Source of the DNA: Bacteroidales bacterium
Lineage (GTDB): Bacteria > Bacteroidota > Bacteroidia > Bacteroidales > F082
DNA: 64,000 nt
Reading direction: 5' to 3'
Assembly: GCA_016282015.1 (NCBI GenBank)
Contig: JAEEJS010000042.1
Coordinates: 41,924 to 105,923 of the forward strand
Under the pieces are notes generated by a model. That model ran no database searches. It saw nothing but the letters and a program-made list of their open reading frames with translations, and had not been told where the DNA came from. Made by a program: the position numbers and the translations under genes. Within the stretch, counting starts at the first letter, position 1. Every line of letters begins with the position of its first letter. This document shows positions 55,681 to 64,000 of the stretch, in pieces.

Positions 55681-58600
55681 TTAGAAGTTAAATATCATAC
55701 CAATTCTGATCTGACGAGGAGCTGAGTAGTGGTACTGGCTGTCGACATACAGGCTGTACAACTCTGCGTAAGCGTCAGCGCTTGTCTGGCTGGCGATTTC
55801 ACGCTGCCATTCAGGAGCTGAAAGGTATCCGTCATCGTCTGGGTTACCCGTTGCTGAGTAAACATCGATGATGTTCTTTGAATTCAACACGTTGAGCACC
55901 TGGAGGTAAACGTTGAGGTAAGCGTTGCGCTTCTCACCGTCCTTCTTACCGAACTTCAGGTCGATATCCTTGTCAAGTTTCAGGTCGATACGGAATGCCC
56001 AAGGCAGACGTGAACCGAAGTATGAACCTTTAAGCAAGTTAGTACCTGTTGAGATAGGTGACTTGATGTTGCTTGATGCTGTGTAAGGAGTACCTGAACC
56101 ACCGCCCAAGATCACCGACAAACCGGTGTTGGAGAGCCACTGGATAGGCTTCTTGCCTGACTTTTCGCGTCTTGAAACAGGTCCGTTGTATTCTTTGCCG
56201 CTAGCGAAACGATAGTCGAGAGTGACATTGAACTGATGACGACGGTCCCAAGGCATTGCGAAGGTTGAACGCAGGTTAGGAACACCAGCTGCGATTAAAG
56301 CTTCCATTGTGGTTGATGAAGCACCTGTAGCGTTGGTGTACTGCAAGGTGTAAGATGCACGCAGACGGACGTTCTTGGTTCTACGCAAGTCGTACGACAC
56401 TGTGACACCCTTAACTGTACCAAAGTCGAGGTTGCTGTATGATGAGTAATCCTTAGGATAAGCACCTGTGTAACGATACATCTGAATCATGTTACGCAAC
56501 TCATTGTAGTAGGCAGTGATTGTCATTGATGATGAGTTGGTCAACTTCTGAGTGAAACCAAGTTCGTACTGAATGGTCTGTGAAGGTCTCAGAGACGGGT
56601 TGTTGATAGTATTGCTGTTCTGCTCGAAGTAGTAGTAACTGTAGATGTTGGTGTTGATGTTGGTAGGACGCTGTGTCAAAACGTCATAGTGTGCGAAGAA
56701 CAAAGCCTCGTCCGAAATCGGGAATGAGAATGAGATACGTGGCATCACACTCCACTCAGGGCTGTAGTCTTTGAACGACTTGACGTCAACGTGCTGCTGG
56801 TCGGCACTCTTAACCCATGCTGTGACACCGCTACCGGCGTTCAAAGTGGTCGGGTCGCTGATTTCAGCACCTGTTGCATCGTACCATGTGTTGTCATGAC
56901 GGTAACCCATGACTTGGGTCACGTCCTTTATATTATTAATGTATACGGCGTAGTCGTTGCCGATGTTGCTCGGGACATAGACCTGTGAGCCGTTAGGCAG
57001 TGTGATGACACCATCGTTGATCTTATCGCCTACTGTGTAGTAATCGTAAAGGATATATGGGTCTTTCAACACTTTCTGGTTAGCATCGAAACGGTCGACA
57101 CGGATACCGACATTGAAGATGAGGTCTTTGAAAGCGAACTTATCCTGAATGTAACCGGCCATGTAGATAGGTCTGTATGAACCCACCGGACGTGTGTAGT
57201 TACCGTTTTCATCCTTCTCTGTGAAGAAGTCCTCGAAGCTCGGCTGCTTGCTGAGTTTGTTTCCGAGGTAGTCGTAACCTTGATATGCAACGTATGAGTT
57301 ACCGTCCTGTGTCAACTCGTCAGGGGTGAACATGCTGATGTCAAAGCCGTTCTGGAGATAAGCTTTGTGCATGATACCGTTCTTGTCGTAATATTCGATT
57401 GAGTTGTCGTTGAAGTCGTATGAGTCGGTATTGATCCAGTCGACGCCTGTCACGCTGAGGCCGAGGGCTTCACGGAGGTTCTTGTCGAACTGATACTGGT
57501 CGTCGGCGTTGTACATTCTGTAGAACTTGACTGTGTCGACGAAGCCGTTATACGAAATGACGTCAGGATTGTTAACATCCAACTGGTCGATGTGGAAGTT
57601 GGCGAGGTTACGCATGAGGTACCACATGCTACGGCCACTTACGCCGTATGATCTGCTGTTACGCTGTTCGTACTGGAGACCGAGTTTGATTTCGTGGTTT
57701 CCAAGTGTCATAGCTGTTGCGAGGTTCACATTGAACAAGTCTTGCTCGGTATATTCATAATTTGACTGGATGGTACCAGGAGCTGCATACAAGCCATAGA
57801 ATGGTGAAGGGCTGCCTGAGTTGAGAAGACCCTGGTTGAGCTGGATGTCATCGAAGTTTGAATAGTGACCTGAAGGATCATCATACAAATCATAAATCAT
57901 TGATGTGTAGTTAGCCAGCAGCGGGTTGTAGTCCGAAGCCTGGAATTGCACCAATGTATCATAATCCCATGATGCTGTGTGCCATACGTTGGTGTAAGTA
58001 TGACCATTCACTGTGATGGCTGTATCCATTGTGTATGAAGGGGTCTTGTAGATGGTATACTTACCGAGGTAACCATACTTCCAGATATCCTTCTTATGGT
58101 CTGGGTCGTACCGCGAGGTGTTGTATCTCGAATAGTCGACCTGCAAGCTATAGTAGAAGTTCTTGATGAGCGATGTGCTCTCCGGAGCCGTTGGGAATCT
58201 TTGAGTGAAACGACCGTATACGCGCCATGTCTGGCTTTCGTAGATGTAGTTCTTGTCAAAGTTGAAATACTCATGATTACGGCTGAAGTTATGGTCTTTT
58301 TTCTTGTAGTAGCTACCGCCGATAGACAAGTTGATGGTCTCGGTTGTGCGGATGTTGATGTTACCTGCCACGTTGACGTTCCAGTTTGATGTGTTCTGTG
58401 AGTTCTTGACATACTCCATAGAACCCATTCTGGTGTATTCACCGTTAGGATAGACACCTTCACCTGAAGAACCTATACGAAGCGGGTGTTCCTTGATGTA
58501 GTTCAACCATTCGTCAGTTGCCTTGTAGTGACCGATTGCTGAAATCGCACCGTCCTTGTTGCGGTTGAACTCACCTGACAGGAAGTAACCGAGAAGTGCT

Positions 58601-59391
58601 GTTTCGGATTTCTTACCCTTGATGAGTGGTCCCTGAGCGTTGATACCGACTCTGGTGTGACCGTAGCCGTCAATTGACTGCTCAACTTCCAAACCTGCGC
58701 CGAATGTTCTCGAAGGGCCCTTGGTTGTCATGTTGATGATACCGCCAGTGACGTCACCGTACATAGCAGGAGTACCTGACAGCATGACTTCGACCTGGTC
58801 GATAGCTGACTGCGGCACTGAGGTGTTACCGATGACACGCACACCGTCGATGTAATAAACTGTACCTTCAGAACGTGCACCACGCATGTTGCCGACCTCA
58901 CCGTCAGCTGAGAACACGCCGCCCACGGTTGCTGCCACTGCCTCTGCCGAACGGTTAGGCATCTTGGCGATTTCCTCGGCGGTGATAGTTGCACCAGCTG
59001 AAGTCTGGTCCTTTGAGATCAACGGCACTTTGTAGTCGACAATCTCAACAACATCAAGCATTTCCGATTGCTCGGTCATCTCGATGTCTTTGAAGGTGAT
59101 TTGGTTACCTGGGATAACAACGCCTTTCACGACGTAGGTGTTGTAGCCCACGAATGTTGCTCTCAGGTCGTAAGTTCCCGGAGGGATAGGGTTGATGTCA
59201 TAATTACCATCGAAATCGGTACTGGCACCACCCACCTGCGTTCCGCCGTTCTCCAGAACAACGTTAGCAAATGCAATAGGCTCGCCAGTGTCTTTGTCAG
59301 TAATGACACCTTTAAGACGACCTTGTTGCGCAAGTGCCAACGACCACGACGCCAGCACAATGCAGAATGTAAATAGTAACTTTTTTAACAT
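55681..59391 (-). CDS. 1236-aa TonB-dependent-receptor-like outer-membrane protein (carboxypeptidase-regulatory-like domain + plug + oversized barrel); not followed by a SusD gene
   Basis: Signal peptide. 'GRLKGVITDKDTGEPIAFANVVLENG...GTYDLRATFVGY' (CarboxypepD_reg-like). Plug: 'ITAEEIAKMPNRSAEAVAATVGGV...NMRGARSEGTVYYIDGVRV...IDQVEVMLSGTPAMYGDVTGGIINMTTK'. C-terminal 'RIGMIFNF'. Confidence 0.8.
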   Translation of the reverse strand: MLKKLLFTFCIVLASWSLALAQQGRLKGVITDKDTGEPIAFANVVLENGGTQVGGASTDFDGNYDINPIPPGTYDLRATFVGYNTYVVKGVVIPGNQITFKDIEMTEQSEMLDVVEIVDYKVPLISKDQTSAGATITAEEIAKMPNRSAEAVAATVGGVFSADGEVGNMRGARSEGTVYYIDGVRVIGNTSVPQSAIDQVEVMLSGTPAMYGDVTGGIINMTTKGPSRTFGAGLEVEQSIDGYGHTRVGINAQGPLIKGKKSETALLGYFLSGEFNRNKDGAISAIGHYKATDEWLNYIKEHPLRIGSSGEGVYPNGEYTRMGSMEYVKNSQNTSNWNVNVAGNINIRTTETINLSIGGSYYKKKDHNFSRNHEYFNFDKNYIYESQTWRVYGRFTQRFPTAPESTSLIKNFYYSLQVDYSRYNTSRYDPDHKKDIWKYGYLGKYTIYKTPSYTMDTAITVNGHTYTNVWHTASWDYDTLVQFQASDYNPLLANYTSMIYDLYDDPSGHYSNFDDIQLNQGLLNSGSPSPFYGLYAAPGTIQSNYEYTEQDLFNVNLATAMTLGNHEIKLGLQYEQRNSRSYGVSGRSMWYLMRNLANFHIDQLDVNNPDVISYNGFVDTVKFYRMYNADDQYQFDKNLREALGLSVTGVDWINTDSYDFNDNSIEYYDKNGIMHKAYLQNGFDISMFTPDELTQDGNSYVAYQGYDYLGNKLSKQPSFEDFFTEKDENGNYTRPVGSYRPIYMAGYIQDKFAFKDLIFNVGIRVDRFDANQKVLKDPYILYDYYTVGDKINDGVITLPNGSQVYVPSNIGNDYAVYINNIKDVTQVMGYRHDNTWYDATGAEISDPTTLNAGSGVTAWVKSADQQHVDVKSFKDYSPEWSVMPRISFSFPISDEALFFAHYDVLTQRPTNINTNIYSYYYFEQNSNTINNPSLRPSQTIQYELGFTQKLTNSSSMTITAYYNELRNMIQMYRYTGAYPKDYSSYSNLDFGTVKGVTVSYDLRRTKNVRLRASYTLQYTNATGASSTTMEALIAAGVPNLRSTFAMPWDRRHQFNVTLDYRFASGKEYNGPVSRREKSGKKPIQWLSNTGLSVILGGGSGTPYTASSNIKSPISTGTNLLKGSYFGSRLPWAFRIDLKLDKDIDLKFGKKDGEKRNAYLNVYLQVLNVLNSKNIIDVYSATGNPDDDGYLSAPEWQREIASQTSADAYAELYSLYVDSQYHYSAPRQIRIGMIFNF

Positions 59392-59455
59392 ACCTTGAAT
59401 TTTTATGTTATACTATCAAATAATTTCCATTTTTCAGGACATAGTTTTTAGGGTT

Positions 59456-59463
59456 CAAAAGTA
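59456..59463 (-). promoter_or_regulatory. candidate -7 box (TAnnTTTG) for the receptor / T9SS-cargo / PorV-family operon
   Basis: Plus-strand 'caaaagta' = minus-strand TACTTTTG, 64 nt upstream of ATG 59391. Confidence 0.4.
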
Positions 59464-59636
59464 CAACAATTTTTTAAATCCCACAAAGAAATAATTTTCA
59501 TTTAGGAAAAATATTTTTCAACTTCTTTCGTTTCCCAGTCGTAACGTCTTAAGTATAAGCATTTTAAGATTGCACTTATTTATAAATAAATTTTCAAAAA
59601 TTCGATATTTTAGGGTTTTAGGAAAAGTTTTTTCAG

Positions 59637-59644
59637 TATTTTTG
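59637..59644 (+). promoter_or_regulatory. candidate -7 box (TAnnTTTG) for the 59663 lipoprotein gene
   Basis: 'TATTTTTG' 18 nt upstream of ATG 59663. Confidence 0.45.
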
Positions 59645-59662
59645 TGAAAAATTTCAAGCTCA

Positions 59663-60103
59663 ATGAAGAGATTTTTTAGAACATCAGTAACTTTTTTTGC
59701 CGTTTTGGCGATGATTTTTGCCGTCTCATGTAACAGCAAACCTGAGAATCCGTATGTACCCGAAATCGACATAAATTTCACCATATATCCTAACTCCATG
59801 GAGTACTACGAACTCAACGTAGTTGGGGGCTGGATGTACGTTACCGCGCCTCTGCCGAGCCGCGGTATCATAATTTACCGTTACAATATTGACGAGTTCA
59901 GGGCTTACGAGCGCATAGCGCCCAACTATCCGTACGCCTGCGATAACAACCGTCTTTTCGTTGATTTTCCTTTCATTATGGACACTTGCAGCAACTACAA
60001 ATATTCCATACTGGACGGCAGCATAATCGAGGGCGGCGACGGCTATCCGGTCACTCAGTATTTCACCTCGTTTGACGGGTCAGCACTGAGGGTTTACAAC
60101 TAA
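59663..60103 (+). CDS. small lipoprotein with a Rieske-like fold pattern lacking the Fe-S ligands
   Basis: Lipobox 'IFAVSCN'. 'RGIIIYRYNIDEFRAYERIAPNYP' and 'IMDTCSNYKYSILDGSIIEGGDGYPVTQYFTSFDGSALRVYN' mimic Rieske box spacing (CxH ... CxxH), but His is replaced by Tyr and the first Cys by Ala. Confidence 0.45.
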   Translation: MKRFFRTSVTFFAVLAMIFAVSCNSKPENPYVPEIDINFTIYPNSMEYYELNVVGGWMYVTAPLPSRGIIIYRYNIDEFRAYERIAPNYPYACDNNRLFVDFPFIMDTCSNYKYSILDGSIIEGGDGYPVTQYFTSFDGSALRVYN

Positions 60104-60105
60104 AC

Positions 60106-61533
60106 TTAGTATCTGTAAATATCAGATTTATAAGGACCTTCCACAGGTACGCCTATGTAGTCGGCCTGCTTTTTGGTGAGCTTTGTCAGCTTCACTCCTA
60201 TCTTCTCGAGATGCAGACGCGCAACCTCCTCGTCGAGGTACTTCGGGAGGCAGTACACCCCCACTTTGTACTCATCGCGTTTGGCCCACAAATCCATCTG
60301 AGCCAGGGTCTGGTTGGTGAACGAATTGCTCATCACGAAGCTGGCGTGACCGGTGGCGCAACCGAGGTTCACAAGACGGCCTTCAGCGAGTATGAAGATG
60401 GCTTTACCGTTAGGTAAAACGTACTTGTCGACCTGAGGTTTGATATTGATTTTCTTTACGTTAGGATAATTCTCCAAAGCACCGACCTGAATCTCGTTGT
60501 CGAAGTGTCCGATGTTGCAGACTATGGCCTGATCCTTCATGTTGAGCATGTGCTCGAGGGTCACCACGTCGCAGTTGCCTGTGCATGTGACGTAGATGTT
60601 TCCTTCCTTGAGAGCGTCCTCCATGGTGGTGACTTCAAAGCCTTCCATGGCGGCCTGCAAGGCGCAGATAGGATCGATTTCGGTAACGAGCACGCGGGCG
60701 CCGTATGAACGCATCGACTGGGCGCAGCCTTTACCCACATCGCCATAACCGTTGACGACCACGACTTTGCCGGCCAGCATGACGTCGGTGGCACGCTTGA
60801 TACCGTCGGCCAACGACTCGCGGCAGCCGTAAAGGTTGTCGAATTTGCTCTTTGTCACGCTGTCGTTCACATTTATGGCAGGGACAAGAAGCTTGCCGGC
60901 TTCCATCATCTGATAGAGACGGTGTACGCCTGTGGTTGTCTCTTCCGAAACGCCTTTCCAGTTGGCCACAACCTTGTGCCAATGCTTAGGATCCTGCTTG
61001 TAAGTCTCTTTGATGACGCTGTAAATGGCGGCCTCTTCGGCGTTGGCCGGTTTCACCTCCATGAGCTTTGGATCGTTCTCGCACTCGTAGCCTTTATGTA
61101 TCAGAAGGGTGGCGTCGCCTCCATCGTCCACAATGAGGTCTGGACCGTTGCCATCAGGGAATGTGAGGGCGCGCATGGTGCACCACCAGTAGTCTTCCAA
61201 AGTCTCGCCTTTCCAAGCAAACACTGGGGTTCCAGTGGCTGCAATGGCAGCGGCTGCATGGTCTTGTGTTGAGAAAATATTGCAGCTGGCCCAACGCACT
61301 TCGGCGCCGAGGACTTTCAGTGTCTCGATGAGGCAGGCTGTCTGCACTGTCATGTGGAGCGAACCGCTGATACGGGCGCCTTTCAAAGGCTTGGTGTCGC
61401 CATATTTCTTACGGAGTGCCATCAAACCCGGCATCTCGTGTTCCGAAATTTCAATGTCTTTTCTTCCCCATTCAGCCAGACTAGGATCGGCAATCAGACA
61501 AGGGAGGTCGTTTCTTTTGAGTTCTTCTTTCAT
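60106..61533 (-). CDS. ahcY: adenosylhomocysteinase
   Basis: '[18 protein letters not shown]', 'DDGGDAT', NAD site '[16 protein letters not shown]', 'IGHFDNEI', C-terminal '[10 protein letters not shown]'. Confidence 0.96.
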   Translation of the reverse strand: MKEELKRNDLPCLIADPSLAEWGRKDIEISEHEMPGLMALRKKYGDTKPLKGARISGSLHMTVQTACLIETLKVLGAEVRWASCNIFSTQDHAAAAIAATGTPVFAWKGETLEDYWWCTMRALTFPDGNGPDLIVDDGGDATLLIHKGYECENDPKLMEVKPANAEEAAIYSVIKETYKQDPKHWHKVVANWKGVSEETTTGVHRLYQMMEAGKLLVPAINVNDSVTKSKFDNLYGCRESLADGIKRATDVMLAGKVVVVNGYGDVGKGCAQSMRSYGARVLVTEIDPICALQAAMEGFEVTTMEDALKEGNIYVTCTGNCDVVTLEHMLNMKDQAIVCNIGHFDNEIQVGALENYPNVKKINIKPQVDKYVLPNGKAIFILAEGRLVNLGCATGHASFVMSNSFTNQTLAQMDLWAKRDEYKVGVYCLPKYLDEEVARLHLEKIGVKLTKLTKKQADYIGVPVEGPYKSDIYRY

Positions 61534-61542
61534 ATTTCAATT

Positions 61543-62925
61543 TTATTTTAATTCAAAAACCACGGCGTGCTCAAGATTCACATCGCCATTAATATTAATA
61601 AGGTATCCGTCGGAAGTCTTTTGCAGCTTAGCTTTTGCTTTGCTTCCGAGTATTCTGGTCTTCTTAAAACCGCCTAAATCGGCGTTGATTTTTACGGTGT
61701 CAGGCAAGCTCTCGCCCTCATCCAGAAGGTAGATGGCGTAGACGCGCTTGTCTTTTTGGGTAAACCTCACCTTTCCGTCGCAATAAGGATAGAAAGGACG
61801 TGTTCCATAGATGGCTTCACCGTTGATTTTCATCCACTTGCCTATCTCATGCATGCGCTCCACCGCTGTAGGAGGCAGCTCGCCTTCGGGCGAAGGCCCA
61901 ACGTTGAGCAGATAGTTGCCGCCCTTGGCCACCACATCCACCAACAAGTGCACTATCTTGTTGGTACTCTTGTAGTTGTCAGTCTCGACGTATGACCATG
62001 AGTCGCCCATAGACATGCAGGTCTCCCAAGGGAAAGGAAGCAGAGTGTCGGGCACCTGCTGCTCGGGAGTCTGATAGTTCTCGTACTTTCCGTGAACGGT
62101 TCGGTCGACTATGATGAGGTCGGGATTGTTTTCGCGAGCCATTGCCGCGATTTTAGGCATGTCGATGTCTTGAATGTAGCCTTTGCAGCCCAGCCATGAA
62201 CGGTATTCGTCGTTGAGGCTGTACTCAGGGCGTACCCAGCCGCCGTCCAGCCAAAGTATGTCAATGTCACCGTAGTTGTGAGTCAACTCACGTATCTGGT
62301 TGTAGGTGAAGTCGCAGAAACTCTGCCAACGCTCCGGATACTTCTGAGGATCGTAGTTGACGTTACGGTCGGGAGTAGCCCACTGCTCAGCCCAATAGTC
62401 GGGATGATGCCAGTCGGCTTTGGAGAAATAGAGTCCCGTCCAAAAGCCTTGATTTCTAAAGGCTTCCACTATAGCGCCAGTTATGTCGGCTTTCTCATTT
62501 TCGGAGAAGGGGCACGAGGGGTCGACAGTGGAATAATCGGTTTCCTTGGTGTCGTACATGCAGAAACCGTCGTGATGCTTGGTGGTGAAGACCACATACT
62601 TCATGCCGGCTTCCTTGGCGAGGGCCGCCCACTGGTCGGGATTGAATTTTGTAGGATTAAAAGTCGTGTTAAGCGCCTGATAATCAGCTTTATATTGAAT
62701 ATAATTGGCACCATTGCGGTTTATCCAGTCTTCGTTGCAGATAGACCACGACTCTACCACTCCCCACTGGGCGTACATGCCCCAGTGCATCATGAAACCG
62801 AACTTCAGGTCCTGCCATTGGGCTATACGGTCGGTTATAACGGGGTCAGTCTCCGGCTCGGCAAGGTTCTGGGCCGAAGCGGTGAAACCGATTATCAATA
62901 ATATCGCAAAAAACAGTTTTTTCAT
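61543..62925 (-). CDS. GH29-family alpha-L-fucosidase
   Basis: Signal peptide 'MKKLFFAILLIIGFTASAQ' from ATG 62925 (TAATG overlap with the leuS stop). 'KFGFMMHWGMY', 'VVFTTKHHDGFCMYDT', 'ILWLDGGW'. Confidence 0.88.
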   Translation of the reverse strand: MKKLFFAILLIIGFTASAQNLAEPETDPVITDRIAQWQDLKFGFMMHWGMYAQWGVVESWSICNEDWINRNGANYIQYKADYQALNTTFNPTKFNPDQWAALAKEAGMKYVVFTTKHHDGFCMYDTKETDYSTVDPSCPFSENEKADITGAIVEAFRNQGFWTGLYFSKADWHHPDYWAEQWATPDRNVNYDPQKYPERWQSFCDFTYNQIRELTHNYGDIDILWLDGGWVRPEYSLNDEYRSWLGCKGYIQDIDMPKIAAMARENNPDLIIVDRTVHGKYENYQTPEQQVPDTLLPFPWETCMSMGDSWSYVETDNYKSTNKIVHLLVDVVAKGGNYLLNVGPSPEGELPPTAVERMHEIGKWMKINGEAIYGTRPFYPYCDGKVRFTQKDKRVYAIYLLDEGESLPDTVKINADLGGFKKTRILGSKAKAKLQKTSDGYLININGDVNLEHAVVFELK

Positions 62926-64000
62926 TATCCTACAACTATGTTGATGATTTTCTTCGGAATGAAGATGACCTTGCGGATGGTTACACCTTCGAGCCACTTC
63001 TTGGCTTCAGGCGCATTGACGACCGCATTCTGCACATCATTCGGATTGATGTCGAGAGGCAGTTCGAGATCAAAACGCTTCTTGCCGTTGAACGAGACAG
63101 GATATGTGAAGGTGTTCTCAACCACATAGCTCTCGTTGAACTCAGGGAACTTCTGATTGACCACGCTGTCGTTGTGGCCCATCTGATGCCAAAGTTCTTC
63201 GGCTATATGCGGAGCGTATGGTGAAATCATAACCGCCATAGGCTCAAGCACTTCGCGTTTGTTACACTTCATATCGGTGAGCTCGTTGACGCAAATCATG
63301 AAAGCCGAAACAACAGTGTTAAGCGAGATACGCTCTATGTCTTCCTCTTCCTTCTTGATGAGTTTATGCAAAACTTTGAGTTCTTCCTTGGTGGCCGGCT
63401 CGTCGCTGATGTCGAGTTCGCCCTTCTCGTTGGTGTAAAGCTTCCAGAACTTCTTGAGGAAGCGGAAGGTGCCCTCAATGCCTTGGGTGTCCCATGGCTT
63501 CGACTGCTCCAGCGGGCCGAGGAACATCTCGTAGAGACGCAGTGTGTCGGCACCGTATTTCAGCACCAGGTCGTCGGGGTTCTGGACATTGTACTTCGAT
63601 TTCGACATCTTCTCCACCATCCAGTCGCACACAAAGATATCGTTGCCGTCTTTGTCCTTTTCCTTGATGAAGTGCGCATTATGGAGGTCGTCACGCCACT
63701 GGCGGAAGGCTTCGATGTCGAGTATGTCGTTATGCACCATGTTGATATCCACGTGGATCGGGTCGCTGAACAGTTCGCGGTCCTTTACATTTTTGGATAC
63801 AAAGATGATACCGCGCTGGTATTCCATACCATCGACAAAGGTAGGAACTTCCTTGCCGGCAATCAAGTCTTTTATCTTCTGCTCGACAATGTTGGTACCG
63901 TCACGATAATCATTCAAGACATCTATGTTAGGCACCAATAAAAGTTTGTAGCCCTTGCTTGTGGCATACTCCTGCCAGGCCTCGGCCAATTTCTCGAGGT
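62925..64000 (-). CDS. leuS: leucine--tRNA ligase, C-terminal ~358 codons (the N-terminus lies beyond the right window edge)
   Basis: 'VEKMSKSKYNV' (KMSKS) and an anticodon-binding/C-terminal domain. The frame is open to position 64000; the 'M' at 63989 in the track is an internal TTG. Confidence 0.93.
   Translation of the reverse strand, partial: LEKLAEAWQEYATSKGYKLLLVPNIDVLNDYRDGTNIVEQKIKDLIAGKEVPTFVDGMEYQRGIIFVSKNVKDRELFSDPIHVDINMVHNDILDIEAFRQWRDDLHNAHFIKEKDKDGNDIFVCDWMVEKMSKSKYNVQNPDDLVLKYGADTLRLYEMFLGPLEQSKPWDTQGIEGTFRFLKKFWKLYTNEKGELDISDEPATKEELKVLHKLIKKEEEDIERISLNTVVSAFMICVNELTDMKCNKREVLEPMAVMISPYAPHIAEELWHQMGHNDSVVNQKFPEFNESYVVENTFTYPVSFNGKKRFDLELPLDINPNDVQNAVVNAPEAKKWLEGVTIRKVIFIPKKIINIVVG

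Noticed and set aside
59518-59799. 93-aa minus-strand ORF in the divergent promoter region.
   Set aside because: It overlaps the start of the well-formed lipoprotein gene (59663) and spans the AT-rich promoter region. Its composition is K/F/L/I-rich with no motifs.
61534-61542. SAH riboswitch upstream of ahcY.
   Set aside because: Only 9 nt separate ahcY from the preceding gene, so there is no space for a riboswitch aptamer.

Overview
This is a densely coding chromosomal segment, and I read it as Bacteroidota. Three things support that: type IX secretion (T9SS) C-terminal sorting domains, ssb-gldE-gldD synteny, and the Bacteroides-type -7 promoter box TAnnTTTG in most intergenic gaps. All identifications come from motif recognition on the translated ORFs and my own reading of the DNA; no database search was run. 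The backbone is housekeeping: asnS, rpoN, ruvB, ssb, HU, RNase G, trpS, hflX, tatD, ansA, tRNA-Ser(GGA), exbB/exbD, priA, apbE, tyrS, greA, a HIT protein, a THUMP methyltransferase, ahcY and leuS (partial). Surface and glycan genes are interspersed: GH92, GH29, several outer-membrane barrels and T9SS cargo. I saw no CRISPR array, transposase, integrase, phage gene or toxin-antitoxin pair. Three blocks deserve follow-up. (1) 34246-44639 holds a translationally coupled array of two MBOAT acyltransferases and three AlgJ/AlgX-like partners. It is followed by a phosphodiesterase-like lipoprotein and a membrane LtaS-like transferase. (2) 44741-47971 is a single 1076-codon fusion of all the redox modules of HcnABC, opine oxidase or proline-dehydrogenase type complexes. 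(3) 50231-59391 is an operon of a 1236-aa TonB-dependent-like barrel, a 1442-aa T9SS cargo protein and a PorV/PorQ-family barrel. Smaller items: a 29-codon bS22-like gene and a partial outer-membrane receptor gene are both missing from the ORF track. An inverted-repeat-bounded intergenic element is present twice. There is a 7-nt-periodic TTAG repeat and a coding GATAAC microsatellite in rpoN. Several ORF-track starts are too long, because promoter boxes lie inside the predicted 5' extensions.
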